Assembly (NCBI RefSeq): GCF_030144855.1
Contig: NC_082725.1
Coordinates: 37,510,001 to 37,574,000 of the forward strand
Length of the DNA: 64,000 nt
Origin: Hypanus sabinus
Taxonomy: Eukaryota
Direction of reading: 5' to 3'
In this document: piece by piece, positions 11,613-26,500 of the stretch
Numbering within the stretch: the stretch's first letter is position 1
Layout: each line of letters opens with the position of its first letter
Position numbers and translations under genes: made by a program
The notes under the pieces: model-generated
The model's input: only the letters and a program-made list of their open reading frames with translations
Database searches by the model: none
What the model was told of the DNA's origin: nothing

Positions 11613-14600
11613 AAGGTGGGTAGTGAGGAGGATTGTCAAAAGAAAAGGATTTGGTGGCACTTAGGAATGAGTTGACCAAAAATCACTGAGTGGAAGCAGT
11701 GGAGAATGTTCTAAGTACTAGTAGGAAAATTATGCAAAAATATTGATCTAACAAAATACTGAGGTAAAGTAAGAGCAAACAAAGGGGCTAAACAAGGTTG
11801 CAAGGATTCCACCAGTTTAATAAAAGAAACTATTGATTTGAAAACAAAGTATAATTACACGGGGGTGCTCAACAGGAGGAAATGATGTACAAGGCCAACA
11901 AACATGTAGAAGAATTTGGGCAAGCAGTAATTTAAAGAGTGGCAAATGGAAAGAGGCAGAATATTTGCATTGGCTTGGTATGAAGATAGCAATAGCAATC
12001 AAGCCAATAGGCAGAAGCATGATAAATATACTTAATACAGAGGTATGAACTAGTACATTTTCACAGGAGCAGTTAAGAGAAAAAGCAGCAAATGGTTGGT
12101 ATCTTAAAGTGAATGGCGGAATAGAGACTCTTTGATACTAACCAATAAATGTGGCGGGATCAGCTGAGGTTGAAGCATTGTTGAAGATCCCTTCCACCAA
12201 TCCCACAATCTTTGACCCACTACCATCAGGAAGGAGGTGCAAGAGCATCAGGACAAGGACTTCCAGACTGGATAACAGCTTCTTCCCTTAGGCTGTGAGA
12301 CTAATGAACACCCTGCCACCAACATGTTCTCGTCACGAGGACAGCAAGCTGCTCACCTGCACTGTGCACTACATGCATTTTGGATTAGAGTTTATTAGCT
12401 TATTTATGGTAATATTTTGTTTTATGTGCTCTGTGTAATATATGTTTTGTGAGTGCAGCATAGTCCGGAGGTACGTTGTTTTGTTTGGTTGAATATATGT
12501 ATAGTTAGATGGCAATAAACTCAAACTTGAGGTGGTCGTACTTCTAAAAGGTACATAGTCAATGTCTAGCATAACAGCAGAAATATTTGTGATATTTCAC
12601 AAAATGATGGCTTGGCCTCAGCTGGAGCATGGCATGTAATACACATTGAAAAGAATGAATCAAGGTGCAATACATCTTCAGCAGTATAGTGTCAGGAATG
12701 AGAGGGTGTCTGAAGCAAAGACACAAAATTTAAAAAGAATCTGAATCACAGATCATGGCGGCCTTTGGATCAAGTGCTGGCAACTAGGATTATTATTAGT
12801 ATTGAAAGGCATCTGATTGTCAACATAGACATGGTGGGTCAGAGAACGTGCTTCTATAGTGCATTACTCTTTGACTCTGAAGATATCCTGTTATTAGAAA
12901 AACCAGGGTAGTGCTCCTTAAAGCAAAATAATGTTTTCAAAAATATGAATTATTTTTACAGAGCAGAAAGTTTGGCAATGGTAGCTAACTCAGTAACTAG
13001 ACAACACCAGACTAAGTAATTGCCACAAGAAGAGTGTGCTATGTGACCCAGGTCGGATTTATTTCAGTGCACTGGATTCATGCAGCAAATCAGTCCAGTG
13101 AATTGGATAAAGAAAACGGATGTGGTGAAAAAGCATTGTAACTACATTAGATATTCTGAGGAGCGCTTGTGTTTACTATTTGTGGAAGCAGACAGAGCAG
13201 AACATGGAGAGGATATGAAGAATGGGATATGCAACTCAGCTGAAAATCACACTAAGTTTGACTTGTGGATCACTCAGAGGTAGTTGTCAGCTACAACGGT
13301 GAAACCCGTACCAAAGGAGTTTTGTTTGTTGGAGGGACCAAGCTGATGATTTTCATTTGTTAAGATTGAAGTCAGTTTTAAAACTAATAAAAAGATTTAA
13401 AAAGATTGAAGTCAAGTGAAATTTAACTGACAGTACAGGCAGATACTAGCCTGCATGACTGTGCGTCAGGACTATTGGGGAACATAGCATGGTGCAATAT
13501 GTCAAAAGATCAAAAGATATGAAAAATATACCATGCTCTGCATCACACAATTCACTCCTCACTTTGGATCTAGCTGCTCCACCTGAAGCTGAAACAGAGG
13601 GAATTCTTGAGGCCTGATTGGAGAAACAAAGTTGTGACATTCACAATCCTCAATGAGAAAATAGATGGATAAAAGGAAAACTAACAAGGTTGAGATGTTA
13701 TAAAACTAGCAAGGTGTACTTTGCAAGGAGACGGATGATAAAATTACCATTAATAGCAAGATGAAACAATAACCCCAAATAAAACATTGCAATTGGCAAC
13801 TTTTTTTTAGTAGAGGGATCTAGGAATAAGCAAACTATCCTGAACACAATGTAATCAAGAATTATGAAAGATGGGGCAGAGGAAGAAAGAAAAGCTAGAG
13901 ATGCTTTAGTGAAGGAATGGTGACCTAAGATAACAGACTCTCACTAATGGAATCTACTCTGTTTAGTTCCCTTATCTCTTAACTAAATTGCATCAGAGTT
14001 TGATATAGTTTGTTCTGTGTCCAATTTAGGAAAAAATATGATCCTCTCCTTTTTATAACACATCCAGCACCACAAAATAGCACTGATAATTTTGCAGTGG
14101 AAAGGAAATGTATGCACCAATACACAAACCGCATAAAAAGAAAATTATTAAAATGCCACACAAAAATTCCTACAGGAGCTCACAGATAAGCTCCTTTCTT
14201 TTTGTATAACATGCTGTCCAAAATAGCCACAAATTACAGGCTAGCAGAAGAAATTGCTTGGATTTTTTTTTAAGAAGTTACAATTTTGAAGGAGGAAGAT
14301 ATGGCCACAGAGAAATAAGTAGCATTTGTCAATTTGTCAGGAGGTAAGGGTTGCAATTTCAACAGAAGTAATTATTGAAGGGGAAACTGAACAGCCAGTC
14401 GTCAAGCTACTTCCTCAATCCGTCCCTTAACTCACACTACATGGATGTGATGTGAGACAAGAATAAAAATATTCAAACATTCTTTTCAACCTTGTTGTGA
14501 TTTGGAGGCTTGCATGCCTCAATGACCTAGAGAGCTACTGTATGTTGGCTGGACCCTTAATCTGGACTGGATGAAAAGGGGAAATAGCCAGTATAAAAAA

Positions 14601-14839
14601 GGACACAGGGGATTCATCAGGAACTTGCAGGTGAAAAGTGGATCCATGTGGGAGGTTTGGTAGGTAGATGAGTGCAGCAAGAAGATTGGAGCTATTGTGA
14701 CTGGAGAAAGGAAGGTGGAAAGAACATCTCCAACACTCACCTGTTTTGAGATTGCTTTGAAAACTGAGTTTTATATGTATATACATAATCACGTGTGCAT
14801 GGCTTTCAGAGTCCAAAGATTATAAAAGTAATCAGGATG

Positions 14840-15800
14840 AGGAAGGCTGAGGCAACTATGGCTAACAAATCAAAGACAGCATAAAAGCAAAAGAGAGGCT
14901 ATACAATATATTGCAAAAAAAAACCATTAGGAAGCTTTTTAAGAACTTACAGAAAATTACTAAACAGCAACAAGGAGTGAAAAGATGAAATATGAAGATA
15001 AGCTAGGTAATATGAGTTTTTAGATACATAAAGAGTATTAGAGGCATAGGTGAACATCCAACCTCTGGAAATCAAAGCTGAAGTAGTAATGGCAAAGAAA
15101 TCATAGACATACAGAATAAGTTCTCTGCATCAGTCTTCCCTGTTGAAAACATTATCAACATGCCAAAATTTTCCTGAAAGTCAGTTGGCAGAAGTGAGTT
15201 CAGTCACAATTAGTAAGGAGAAAATGCTTTTCAACCTGGACTGGATGGCCAGCAGCGTAGGACTCTGAGAGGAAAATCTCAAGAGATTGTGGAGGAATTA
15301 GTGGAGCCAGAAATGCCTCCAGAGGAATGGTAAATCACTAATGTCACTCCACACCACAGATTTTAGTGTCCATTATTAAAAGTGTTGGTTTTGGGGTATT
15401 TGGAAGAACATGACAAAATAGACTAAAGTTTGTATGGTTTCCGTAAGGTGAAATCTCATCTGGCAAATCTGTTGGAATTCTTTTAAGATTAGAAGGATTT
15501 CATTATAACCTACTGAATATTGATAGACCTGGACATAATAAAACTGGTGAGGATGTTTCCAGTATTGGATGAGTCTAAGACCAGAAGGCACAGCCTCAGA
15601 ATAAAAGGACATCCCATTAGAACAGAGGTGAAGAGGAATTTCTTTAGCCAGCAGGAAGTTGATAGGTTCTTGATTCGTCAGGGTGTCTAAAATTCTGTGG
15701 AAAAAGCAGAAGAATGGGTTTGAGAGGAAACATTAAATCAGTCATGATCAGACTGATGTACTAAATGGCCTAATTCTGCTCCAGTGGCTTACGGTCACTT
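14840..15800 (+). mobile_element. Old, internally deleted CR1 LINE
   Basis: Degenerate CR1 RT segments and 3' UTR (gagtctaagaccagaaggcacagcctcagaataaaagg...aatggcctaattctgctcc). Confidence 0.7.
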
Positions 15801-18109
15801 GAGATGAGAAAGGGGTGAATGTTGTGAGCCTTCCTTTCAACAATCAAAAGCTCACTATCAAGCAGCATTTATGCCTAGTGAGAGTTTTTTTTTGGCGAGT
15901 CAGCATAGCAAGGAAGATGAGACACACAGATAAATAAAGTATCAGGCAAAGAGCGAGAGAGAAACATGCAAACGAGAACTTGTGCAGAGTATCTTGTGCA
16001 ACTTGTGCAAAGTGGAAGAAATCTAACAGGAACACCCACTTATTCATAATTGATTGGAGCTTTCTTATCTTTTATAGATGTCAATTCATCTTAGAATTTG
16101 CAGCATTGTCTGGGGTTTATGGTAGACTTCAAATCGTTTCAAATAAAATTCTACACAGTGTAAAAGTCAAGTGATTGAACATACTGTAGAACGTTGCAAA
16201 GTCAGTGCCATTTTAAATGTCATAAAATTTGATAGCATTGCACTTGCTTGTAAATAAGGAATTGCAATCTGGTAATCAAATAAATTATAATGTGTTATGC
16301 AACAGCAAAGGAAAACAAAGTGATTCTTTAAAACTATGAGCTGCTCACGATCTGACAAACGTACTCCTTACATGCATCAGCTCATCCGAATGTTTCAATC
16401 TATATTGAACTTGCAAAGAATTCAACTATCACTCGATTTCTGACTTTCATTGACATCTAGTTCAACAATGTTAAAATACTTGTAATCCAGTCAAATCCAT
16501 CCTGGCCTCTACCCTTTCATATCCTTAAGATCCTTCAGTACATTAACCATATTACAATGCCTGCAGGTTTGGCTTTTTGAACATGCAATTTCTTTCACCT
16601 AACCCTAGCAAACTGCATTTACACCTCCCAACACAAATCAAACCTGAAGGTAAAATACCTCGTTTTCATGTCAGCTTTCCCCTCAGTAACCTTTCTCGAG
16701 ATATGGTGAAATTGAGAAAAGTTACTGATCAAAATATTAAAAAGCCAAATCCAAATTTATTTAAAAAATAACATATCTCGGGCAATAAAAGACAACCAAG
16801 TTTATGTAAGTTTTCATGACCTTAAAAAGCTTACACCAAAGCATTTTAGAGCCAATGAATCATAATCATTACTAAAACATAAGGAATATCAGCCAACATA
16901 AACACAGACTTCACAAATAACCAATTTACTTGAATTTGTTCTTTTTGTGGAATCGTCTGGTTGGTCTGAGAAAATAATGATGATTCCTGCATGTGTCTGC
17001 ACCTTAGAAAATCAAGTACTCCAAATATTCCCTTGCATTATTTGCTTAAATTTCTGCAAGGGGACTTGAAACCCCACCACCCCTCTTCAGATTCATTGGT
17101 GACATTGCCCCATTGAGGTAAGTTTGATAGTTAAAAAGGAAATTAGGAAACAAAACCCTCATAGCAAGTAAGGAAATGTCATTAATTAGCATTAAAAGCA
17201 AGGGAATAAGGAAAACTTTCCATGCCATCTCCATCTATTAGGGAACAAAGCTGTGCCTTCTTGCACAAGAACAGATCAAGCTACATCTCTGGATGAAGAT
17301 TCTGGTTATTATCTTAACCGACTATGCAAAGTCAACAAGCACTCCATACAGTTAATGACGACTAAACAAAACTGAAGTAACCCTGTACATCCTTGCAATA
17401 CTATTTATGGTAATGTTATTAAAGCAAACAGCTCAATCTAAAAGGCAACTAAAAATGGTTGCAGCAGCACAATACATTTTAAAGACCGACCAGAAATTAT
17501 TCCAACCAACACACGACACAAATACTGTTTGTTTTCCTTTATGTAGTATTTCATAGCTCAATGAATAGAAGTAATCTTAGGAAGAATGACAGGAAGCTTG
17601 TACTGTATGCACCCCAAGGGTTACCTGTGAACTCGGCTATTGTCCTGTCAGAATTAGCTAAAGAAGCAGGATTTGTTTTACGTACAGAAGAATGAGGGGC
17701 AATCTTAATGAAACTTGTAGATATCTCAGGGCTGCATAGTAGGATAGATACTAAAGTAGTTCAGTTGGTAGGAGAGTTGTAAACCAACAGATTTTGTCAC
17801 AAGTTAATCAGAGAGAATGTTGACAACCTAAATTCTCTATCCTGGGAGATTATGGATGATACATAGAGCATTACAGATGTAACAGATAATTTTGGGGAAC
17901 TGCAGGTTATTCAGAACTGGCACAGAAAAGGAACTGAGGCTCAGAATGCATCAGAAATTGAACAGCCAGGCAGGCTTGAGAGATCCGGTGGCCTACTCCT
18001 GCTCCTAGTTTTTGTTAGTGTTCATGCACATAGACGAGTTTCTCAATCGTTTTGAAGTCAGGGTCAAGTCAGTTATCTTTCTAAAGTGGTCAATAGAAAG
18101 AAAGGAATT

Positions 18110-18400
18110 GTCAATGCTTTATTTATCACATGTACATCAAAACATACTGTACAGTGATATACGTTGTTTGTGTCAACCACCAACAGAGTTTGAGGATGTG
18201 CTGGAAGTAGTCCACAAGTGTCACCACACTCCTGGTGATAAAATAGCATGCTCTGAACTTACCAACCCTAACCCATACGTCTTTGGATGTGAGGGGAAAC
18301 CACAGCACCCAGAGGAAACACAAGCAATCGTGGGGAGAACGTACAAACTCCTTATAGACAATGGCAGGAATTCAACCTCGACCGCTTGTTGTTAATACTA
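18110..18400 (-). mobile_element. tRNA-derived SINE interrupted at its head by a hAT MITE
   Basis: Reverse complement of the SINE body (ggggagaacgtacaaactcctta, gaaaccacagcacccagagg). Confidence 0.65.
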
Positions 18401-18405
18401 TAAAG

Positions 18406-18768
18406 CAGGGGTGTCAAACTCATTTTAGGTCACGGGCCGGATTGGGCAAAATGCAGCTTCATGCGGGCCGGATCAGTCGGGCGCGTGCGAACGCAACTTT
18501 CATTGCCTCCATTTTTTCAGCCTGTTCTCATGTGTCTCAGTCTCTGCTATAACTACAAAGTGTTTCACTTCACAAATTCCGTTTCTTATGAAGAAGACTG
18601 CTGAGAAAGCATTATTTTTATGATTGGTATTAACTTTCAATCATAGGCTTCATATTGCCGGGCAATTAATAATTAAAATAATAGATCTATCTAAAATGAT
18701 CTCGCGGGCCGGATATAATTGTACGCCGGGCCGGATATGACCCGCGGGCCTTGAGCTTGACACCTATG
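18406..18768. mobile_element. hAT (Charlie/Buster-type) non-autonomous DNA transposon
   Basis: TIRs caggggtgtcaaactca / tgagcttgacacctatg (14/17 match); 8-bp TSD ctataaag (18398-18405) / ctgtaaag (18769-18776) with central TA; repeated gggccggat subterminal motifs. Confidence 0.88.
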
Positions 18769-20164
18769 CTGTAAAGTATTAACATTCAACAGCGTTCCTG
18801 TACTTGAACTTCTTTTACATTTCCAGTACTTTATTCAGTTTTCACTACAAGATTTATGAATACAAACTTGAAATTAAATGAGTTTGCACAAACTGCGATG
18901 TAAATAAGTTAAATGTAAACTTGCCCCAAAATAAAAACCAGCTTCCACCCATTCCCAACCCATCCATGTTGAACTTCACTGTTTTGAAGAAACATTTGAC
19001 AAGTGAGCATATTAACTTATTTTAAAATTTAAGTTCTCCCTCTTGCTCCAGTAGAGCTGGTTGAAAGTTAATTTATACATAAATCCCCTGCTTTTCATGA
19101 ACTGCCAAACCCTCATCATTGTTTGTGCTCCAGTCTCCAGTTCCCAGTCTCAACTGGTTCACAGTCCAAGCCTGCAGTTCTAGCCACACACCTACCCTGT
19201 ATGCTTCAGTTCTTGCCATGCACCTAGCCCACCATTCACATGATTCGCAGATGCTGGACTCTGATGCAACAACCTGCTGTAAATACCCAGTGCATAGAGC
19301 AGCATCAATAAGAAGAAAGAAATTGTCAATGCTGGGGGTCAAAACACAGCATCAGGGTTCCTGTTAATTGAAACGCCAAAGTAGAGTTGCAGTGGACTAG
19401 AATGTAAAGTTACTGTCAGCTCTTTGAGGTTTTGTAAAATTCTGTTCCACTCAGATGCTTAAAGAAGTTTGTGTCATTTTATTCTATTTCTAAAAATATT
19501 CTTTTCAGTCCAAGCTGACACAAATTCATGCAGATACTGTTGCTGGCACTGATCTAATGATTGGTTGATACAAAAAATGATTTGAAGTATACCAGAAAAG
19601 AGGAATAAATAAATGTTTCAGAACATTCTAAGAGTCATTAACTTAAGTAAATGATTTATTACTACACCCCCCCTCCCCATTCATTTACGGCTGTCATTTA
19701 CAATATGAATACATGCGCATCAATAAATCACTTCCAAAATTTGGGCAACATTATAAAATAATGTTCTTTCTCTCACTATATTACAGATTGTGTAAACTTC
19801 ATAATCTAATCTTGAGTATTGTTACTTCACTTAACTGATATCACGATCTCTTTCTTCTTATCTAGGGTTTCAAATGTAAATGCAAAGCCACAAAAGGCAA
19901 CTTAATACAACTGATTAGACAGCAAGTTTTGGATCATCAGCATCATAATGATGTCATTGCAATATATCTGTTAAGCTTTGAGACCAATTTTTAATTTTAT
20001 GATGGAGATACAATTTATTAAACTTTGTGTACTTTCTACTATTACAGCACAATGCCTGTTTGAAAGCAAGAAAAATAATTCAGTACTCTACAGCTTTCAG
20101 ATTTTGTTTGCAAGTGTGAAAAACATTAAATGCTTATATAAGAAAATATTGTACTTGGAGACAT

Positions 20165-20385
20165 TGGGGTGGTGCAGTAGTGTAGTGGTTAGTGCAACAC
20201 TGTTACAGCACCATAAGGAGTCTCTACGTTCTCCCCATGGGCTTACTGCGGCTGCTCGGTTTGTTCCCATATTCCAAAACCATATGAGTTTGCAAGTTAA
20301 TTGGTGACATGGGAATAACTCGGTGGTGTGAGCTTGTTGGGCTTGTTATTGTGTTCCATCTCCAAATGAAATAAAATAAAAAAAG
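20165..20385 (+). mobile_element. tRNA-derived SINE
   Basis: ggtgcagtagtgtagtggttagtgcaacactgttacagc head, SINE body and aaata tail. Confidence 0.6.
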
Positions 20386-22744
20386 TTTACAAAACATTGA
20401 AGCAAAGTCAATATTAGGGGCACTATTGTTTATCTTAATAACCTTCATCATTACAGACACTCATTTGGTAGTCCTCCAATGCAAAGGAACTGGACAGGCC
20501 AGAGATAGAATGCAACATACATCCTTGGTTACCATACTTTAAGACTGCTACGAAGCCCGAGATCCCTACATTTTAACTCATTAACATCTGATCACATCCA
20601 GCCACTTTTAAAATCAAAACTAATAGCATATTGAATTAAACAAGTACAAGTCAAAGCATTATGCTGTAGTGCTGCAGTTCCCTAAATGGTATATGCTGTT
20701 GTGTCTCAAAACACAGGGGAAGCAAAGCACAACCACATTGAGTACCAGCTGACTGCATTAAGCAGATTCTGGTCAAACAGGGATGTTTAGTCATGATTGA
20801 TAATGAAATGGAGATGGCAGATAACAGAAACAAAAAATATCCAGAAAATTTAAAACTTGATTGCAGAGCAGGACAATGGGTAGAAATTTGTTTATAATTC
20901 TTCAGTAATTAATATAATGCAGAACTATGTAAAAAAGGAGATTATTACAAAATAATCAAATTATTTAAGTAACAATGGTCATACCACAGAGGCGGAAGGT
21001 GACATGCTATCATTCTTCGATGAAAGATAGACCATAAGCCTTCATAACCTCAATTATTTTGTGACAATTGGATATTGTTCATTGAAAGTATGTTTTTATC
21101 GATTGGGGATTACAGTTCGTTATAAAGTCGAAAGACTAACAAATGAGAACAATGGGAAATTTAGTTATGCAATAACTGACAAGGGAAGATGATAAAACAA
21201 TTTACAGGTTTATGGCATAAGCCTTAGACAAATATACAGCCAAATATATAACAATCATGTTTAAATTCCAAACCATGCTTTTGTTATTTTAATATCAAAC
21301 TTCCTGATTACTCTTGCTATACAGTTAAACATTTGTCAGGAAAATGAGCTTCAAGTTATTTTAGAGACAAGACTTTGTTAAAGTCCAGCAGCCTTGTATT
21401 TAATGAAGTAATGTGTGGACATTAAATATCACAAATGATTTTTATGGCTTACTAAAAGACTGAATGCTACTATCCCTACTTAGTGATATGACCATCTCAT
21501 TTTGAACAATTCCAGAGTCAGTCTCCAAACAATGTTACCCAAATTCTTCTTGAGCAGCTCTTTTATTTTAGAAAAATGGTACACAATTTGGGTAGATTTT
21601 GGACCAAACAGGAAGGAACAGAAACTAGGCAAATTCTTTTCAACTGCATCTCTAACTTAACGACCTACATGCTATTGACCACTTGAGTTATCAGTACCTC
21701 TATTTCCAACAAGTGTCTCTTATTTATAAAATCACAAAAATAAACACTTTTATTATTCAAGAGAACTAAGGAATTAATGATGCATGGGCCACAAGGCATG
21801 ACCTCCACCAGTGAAGTGTCACCACACTAATAGGCAACAAAATTTTCATTATTGCTAGCAGCAGCAACAATGATACCCAAACAGTATCTTACAGGTTAAC
21901 CTTCTTCATCAAACCTGTCTTATAAATATCAACTAGGTTTTTAATTTCCACACAAATTTTCATAAATTACATTTTTGTAAACTACTCCAACTATTATGAG
22001 AATATGGAAATTGAAAGAGATCTCAGAGAATTCAAGGATTATTCAAAAGGGCAGGAAGGAAGGTTGTGCAACAAGTGTAGAACATAGGAAATGTGGACAT
22101 CTGAAAACATGGAAAAAATTGAAAATTACTGCTACTGCAATGCATATTTACTGGAGAAAGTAAAGGGTCATTCCCAAGATCTGCAAAGAACCCAACTGAA
22201 ACTTTAAAATTGAAAATGCAAGTTGCACTGGAACACCAGTTTGCCAAATGAATGGACTGGTTTGGAGAATGAGACATCTATGTAGGATGCACCCCCTAAT
22301 ACAAAATGGAATAAAATGTTGGCTACAAGACTGTCCAAAAACTGCTGTCACACAGTAGGACGCTTTAAACAAAACCTCCTCTTTGTTAAAAGCATTACAA
22401 CCATAGATCTTCTATGTTTCTATAAACCATTTTGCATACATACCAAAATAATTATGCACAGTCCTCGCACATTAATGCATGAATAACTAGCATTTATATG
22501 AGCATCTTTAATACAGCAAAGTTTTCTGAAGTACGACAAAGGAAGATGTATCAAAGAGGTTGCTTTACTAACAAATCACATTCAGCTGAAACAAAATAAA
22601 TTATTGCACACCAAAGGCAAGAAATGACCCTGCAACTACTTCCCCCCACCCCCCATATAGATCAAAAGATTTATCTTAAATTCTTCACTAGTAATCAACC
22701 AGTTCTGTAGTAGCCAAAGAAATAAGACACAAAGCAGGAGATCA

Positions 22745-23592
22745 GGGCCAGTGCAGATTGGTCATCATACCTCTTCCTTGTTGGCAATCATAGGTGAATC
22801 TCAAATCTCCACACTCATGACTATTGCCAATGACACTACAGTTGTTGGGAGAACCTCAGATGGTGATCAGGAGGTATATAGGAGTGAGACAAATCAGTTG
22901 GTTGAGTGGTGTTGCAACAACAACCTTGCACTCAACATCAGCAAACTCAAGGAATTAATTGCGGACTTCAGGAGAACACACAGCAGTCCACGTGGCGGGC
23001 TTGGTGGTAGAAAAGCTGAGCAGCGTCAAGTTCCTGGTGGTCATTATCTCAGAGGACTGATCCTGAACCCAACACACTGAAGCAATCACAAAGAAGATAC
23101 TCCAACTGCTCTACTACTTTAGGAGCTTGAGGAGATTTAGTATATCACCAAAGACTTCTGTACATTTCTATAGATGTACAATAGCCTTCTGACTCATTGC
23201 ATCACCTACTGATACTGAGGCTCAAATGCCGGTAGATGCAGGAGGCTGTTGACTGAGGCAGCACCATCACAGGCACAAGCCTCCCCATCAATGACATTTT
23301 CTTCAGCAGTACCTCAAGGTGGTTAGCATTCATCACTGAGGACACTCCCTTCAGGGATATGCCTTCTTCATTACTACCATTGGGGAGCAGGTATAGGAGC
23401 CTGAAGACTCACACTCAGTGATGCAGGAACAGCTTTTTCCTCTCCATCGTGATTCCTGAATAGCCCATGAACACTACCTCAATATTCCTCTTTCTGTAAT
23501 TTATAGTAATTTTGTGTCTTTGCACCAATGCTACTGTAAAACAAGAAGAAATCTCAAGTCCTACAAGTCAATGATAGTAAATCTGATTCAAA
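22745..23592 (+). mobile_element. Rex1/Babar RT fragment with 3' end
   Basis: ANDTTVVGRTSDGDQEVYRSETNQLVEWCCNNNLALNISKLKELIADFRR (degenerate FADD region). Confidence 0.8.
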
Positions 23593-26500
23593 ACACTACA
23601 ACAAATGTGGGGGGGGGGGGGCAGCTCACTCTTGTCGCCACATATTTCAGCACCAACGCAGCATGTCCTCAATCTTCGGCAGAACAACATGGAACAAACC
23701 AAAATAGAGCTCAACAAGCAATAATACAACAAAACAAGCCCTTTCCTCCCACCCACTCACAGATAGCCCTTCAAACCCCAGGACGGGCCACTTCCCATCT
23801 CCAACCTCCAGCGGACTTAGTTTCACAAACATCGGGCCTTCAACTGCCCCAGTAGACTCATTGACCCAGGCTTCAGCCATCGAGTCTCGACTCCTGCTAT
23901 TTTAAGCCTCTCATTGTTTTCAGGAAGTCACCAGTTGTTTCACAACCAAGCAGCACTTATGAAATAAAAGAAAATGCTGGAAATATTGAACAGGTCAGAC
24001 AGCATGTGAAGGGAATGCTCTCTATCTTTAGGGTTTTCTGCCATATTTCAGATTCTCAGCATCAGACATTTGAAATCTGTTTACAGTGGTAATGCAATAA
24101 ATTAAAGGAGATGAGTTTTATTTGTCACATGTACAACAAAACAGTGAAATGTGTCATTTGCGTCAAATTAAATCAGGATTGTGCTCAGCTGCCCACAAAT
24201 GTTAATACACTGCGGGAACAACAGAGGTATACAGATAGGTTTTGTGTCATGCTTTGAAATGAGCTAGGGGGTGGGGTAAATTGAGGTGAGTGGTCAGGGA
24301 ATAGAAACATCTGGATCTTCTTGTAGCCACTGGCATTCATATTTTAACACACTGATGCCATTTCCCCTGTAAATATTACATGTCTGAAAGCCTTTATACC
24401 ACATGGGCATTTTAATATCAGAATAATGGTGGAGTTGTTCTTGGAAACTGGAAACTTGCCTAGTTTAAGAATGATATGACGCAGAAACAAACAAGATCAA
24501 CAATATCAGTAATTGCAAGTTCTAGAATGAGTTGCCTTAGATACGAGATTAAAGGAAATAAACTGAGTATTCACTTCCAGAATGAACAGTTCAGCCAAAA
24601 ACCATAGTAACATTCAAGATTTCATGGGACTATAGAAGATGATAAGGAAAATAAATTAGAAATGAGCTTGGCAAGAGGATTAACACTGGCATGGACTGGT
24701 AAATCAGTTGACCTGTTCACACTTCGTAATTCCATCATAAAAATGGAGGCAAGTTATTCTGGTAAAGTGCTGTCCTATTTTGCAATTTTGTCTGTGTTAC
24801 ACCTGAATGGGAGTGCTCACTGAACAAATATTTGAGGTCTGAAATCAGAGTAAGTATTCCATTGGCCAGATTCTTTTAGTTCATGATGTTTAGCATAAAG
24901 TATCAGAACTTGTAAATATTGCAAAACATACAATATTTTCCCATCCTCTACCATAGAAACTGCAAAGTGCAAACTTGAATGTAGTTCATGGAATATTTTG
25001 CATAGCTAGCTCAAATCAATCTCTTGTAGCTTAAAATAGAAGCAAAGGAATTTTAATGGCACACAAGCACAAAGTAATCAATCAACAAATTCAGTTGAGA
25101 ACATAGACAACATTTTAAACATTCAAACATTGAGAATATGTATTTGTAATACCTGTTGTCAACTGCTAACTTAGCTAACATTTTAGTTTCTATAGCATTC
25201 CACATTTCTAATAACTGCACAGCAGCGCTAGTAGCTTCTACATTTGACAAAATTACTTTCCTTCTAGTAGAAAGGCCAGAGTGATAAAAATAAGGGCAGC
25301 CTCTCAAATGTTAAATACTTAACTCTTTCATTAAAAGTTGCTGTTCAACCCAAAAAGTTGGAAACAAACCAGACTTGCAGAGAATAATACAAAGCCAAAA
25401 TGATGTTGGAGAGCAAGGAAAAAATTCAACATAGCAACTACAAACAGCAGGAATACACATTACAACACATATGCACGGTTTAACGTATTTCTGTTTCCCA
25501 TTAAGAAAAGTAATTTGACAAAGACAGAAATAAATTAAAAATTGTTCTTCCACATTGTAACAGCTCTAATCAGAACACCCAAGGGAAAGTCACAGAGGTC
25601 TGTTTCACCAATGATAGATCCCACAGTAGCTTGCAATGTAAGTTGATGACAGTTATCAGCTGTTGCTCATTATCCTGTATGAAACTCAAGCAAGGTCCAA
25701 GACAAAGCTCTTGACAGAGACAAATCATTTTGAAAAATGCCCAACGTATGCCTGATGACACTCAGCATCATCCATCTGTACTTCTGTCCCAGTGGGCTGC
25801 TTGCATGCAAGCTGTGCCACTGTAGGCTTGCAACCACTCTCTGGGAGATCACGTTTGAAACTCCTTAAAATGAGTGCCATAGAAATGTCATTAGAAGAGC
25901 TGAGATTGGATTGGACTCACTTGCAGTCTGCTTTGATACCAGTGACACCCCAACACAGGACATGGGATCAGGAATACACTAGTCAAGACATGGAGACCAC
26001 ATCACACCTCTCACAACAACCTCTCACTCAATGTCAGCAAAAACAAAGAGCTTATTATTAACTTCAGATGGAAGAAACCAGAGGTCCATAATCCAGTCCA
26101 CATAGGGGGATCAGCAGCTTTAAATTCCTCTGTGTTATCATTTCAGAAGATCTGTCCTGGGCCCGGCGCTTAAATAGAATTACAAAGAAATTACACCATG
26201 CTTTTTCTTCCTTAGAAGTTTGTGAAGATTTGGCATGACATCTAAAACTGTGATACATTTCTAAAGAGTGTATATTGACTGGTTACATCGTGACCCAATC
26301 TGGAAACACCAATGCCCTGAATGGAAAATCATACAAAACAAACAATGGATATGACTTGGTCCATTAGGGACAAAAGCCTTCCCACCACTGAACAAATCTA
26401 CATGGAGTGCTGTCGCAGGAAAGCAGCATTCATCAAGGACCACTAGCATCCAAGCATACTCTCTTTACACTGGGGGCGGAGGGTGAGGACTTTGTGGGTT

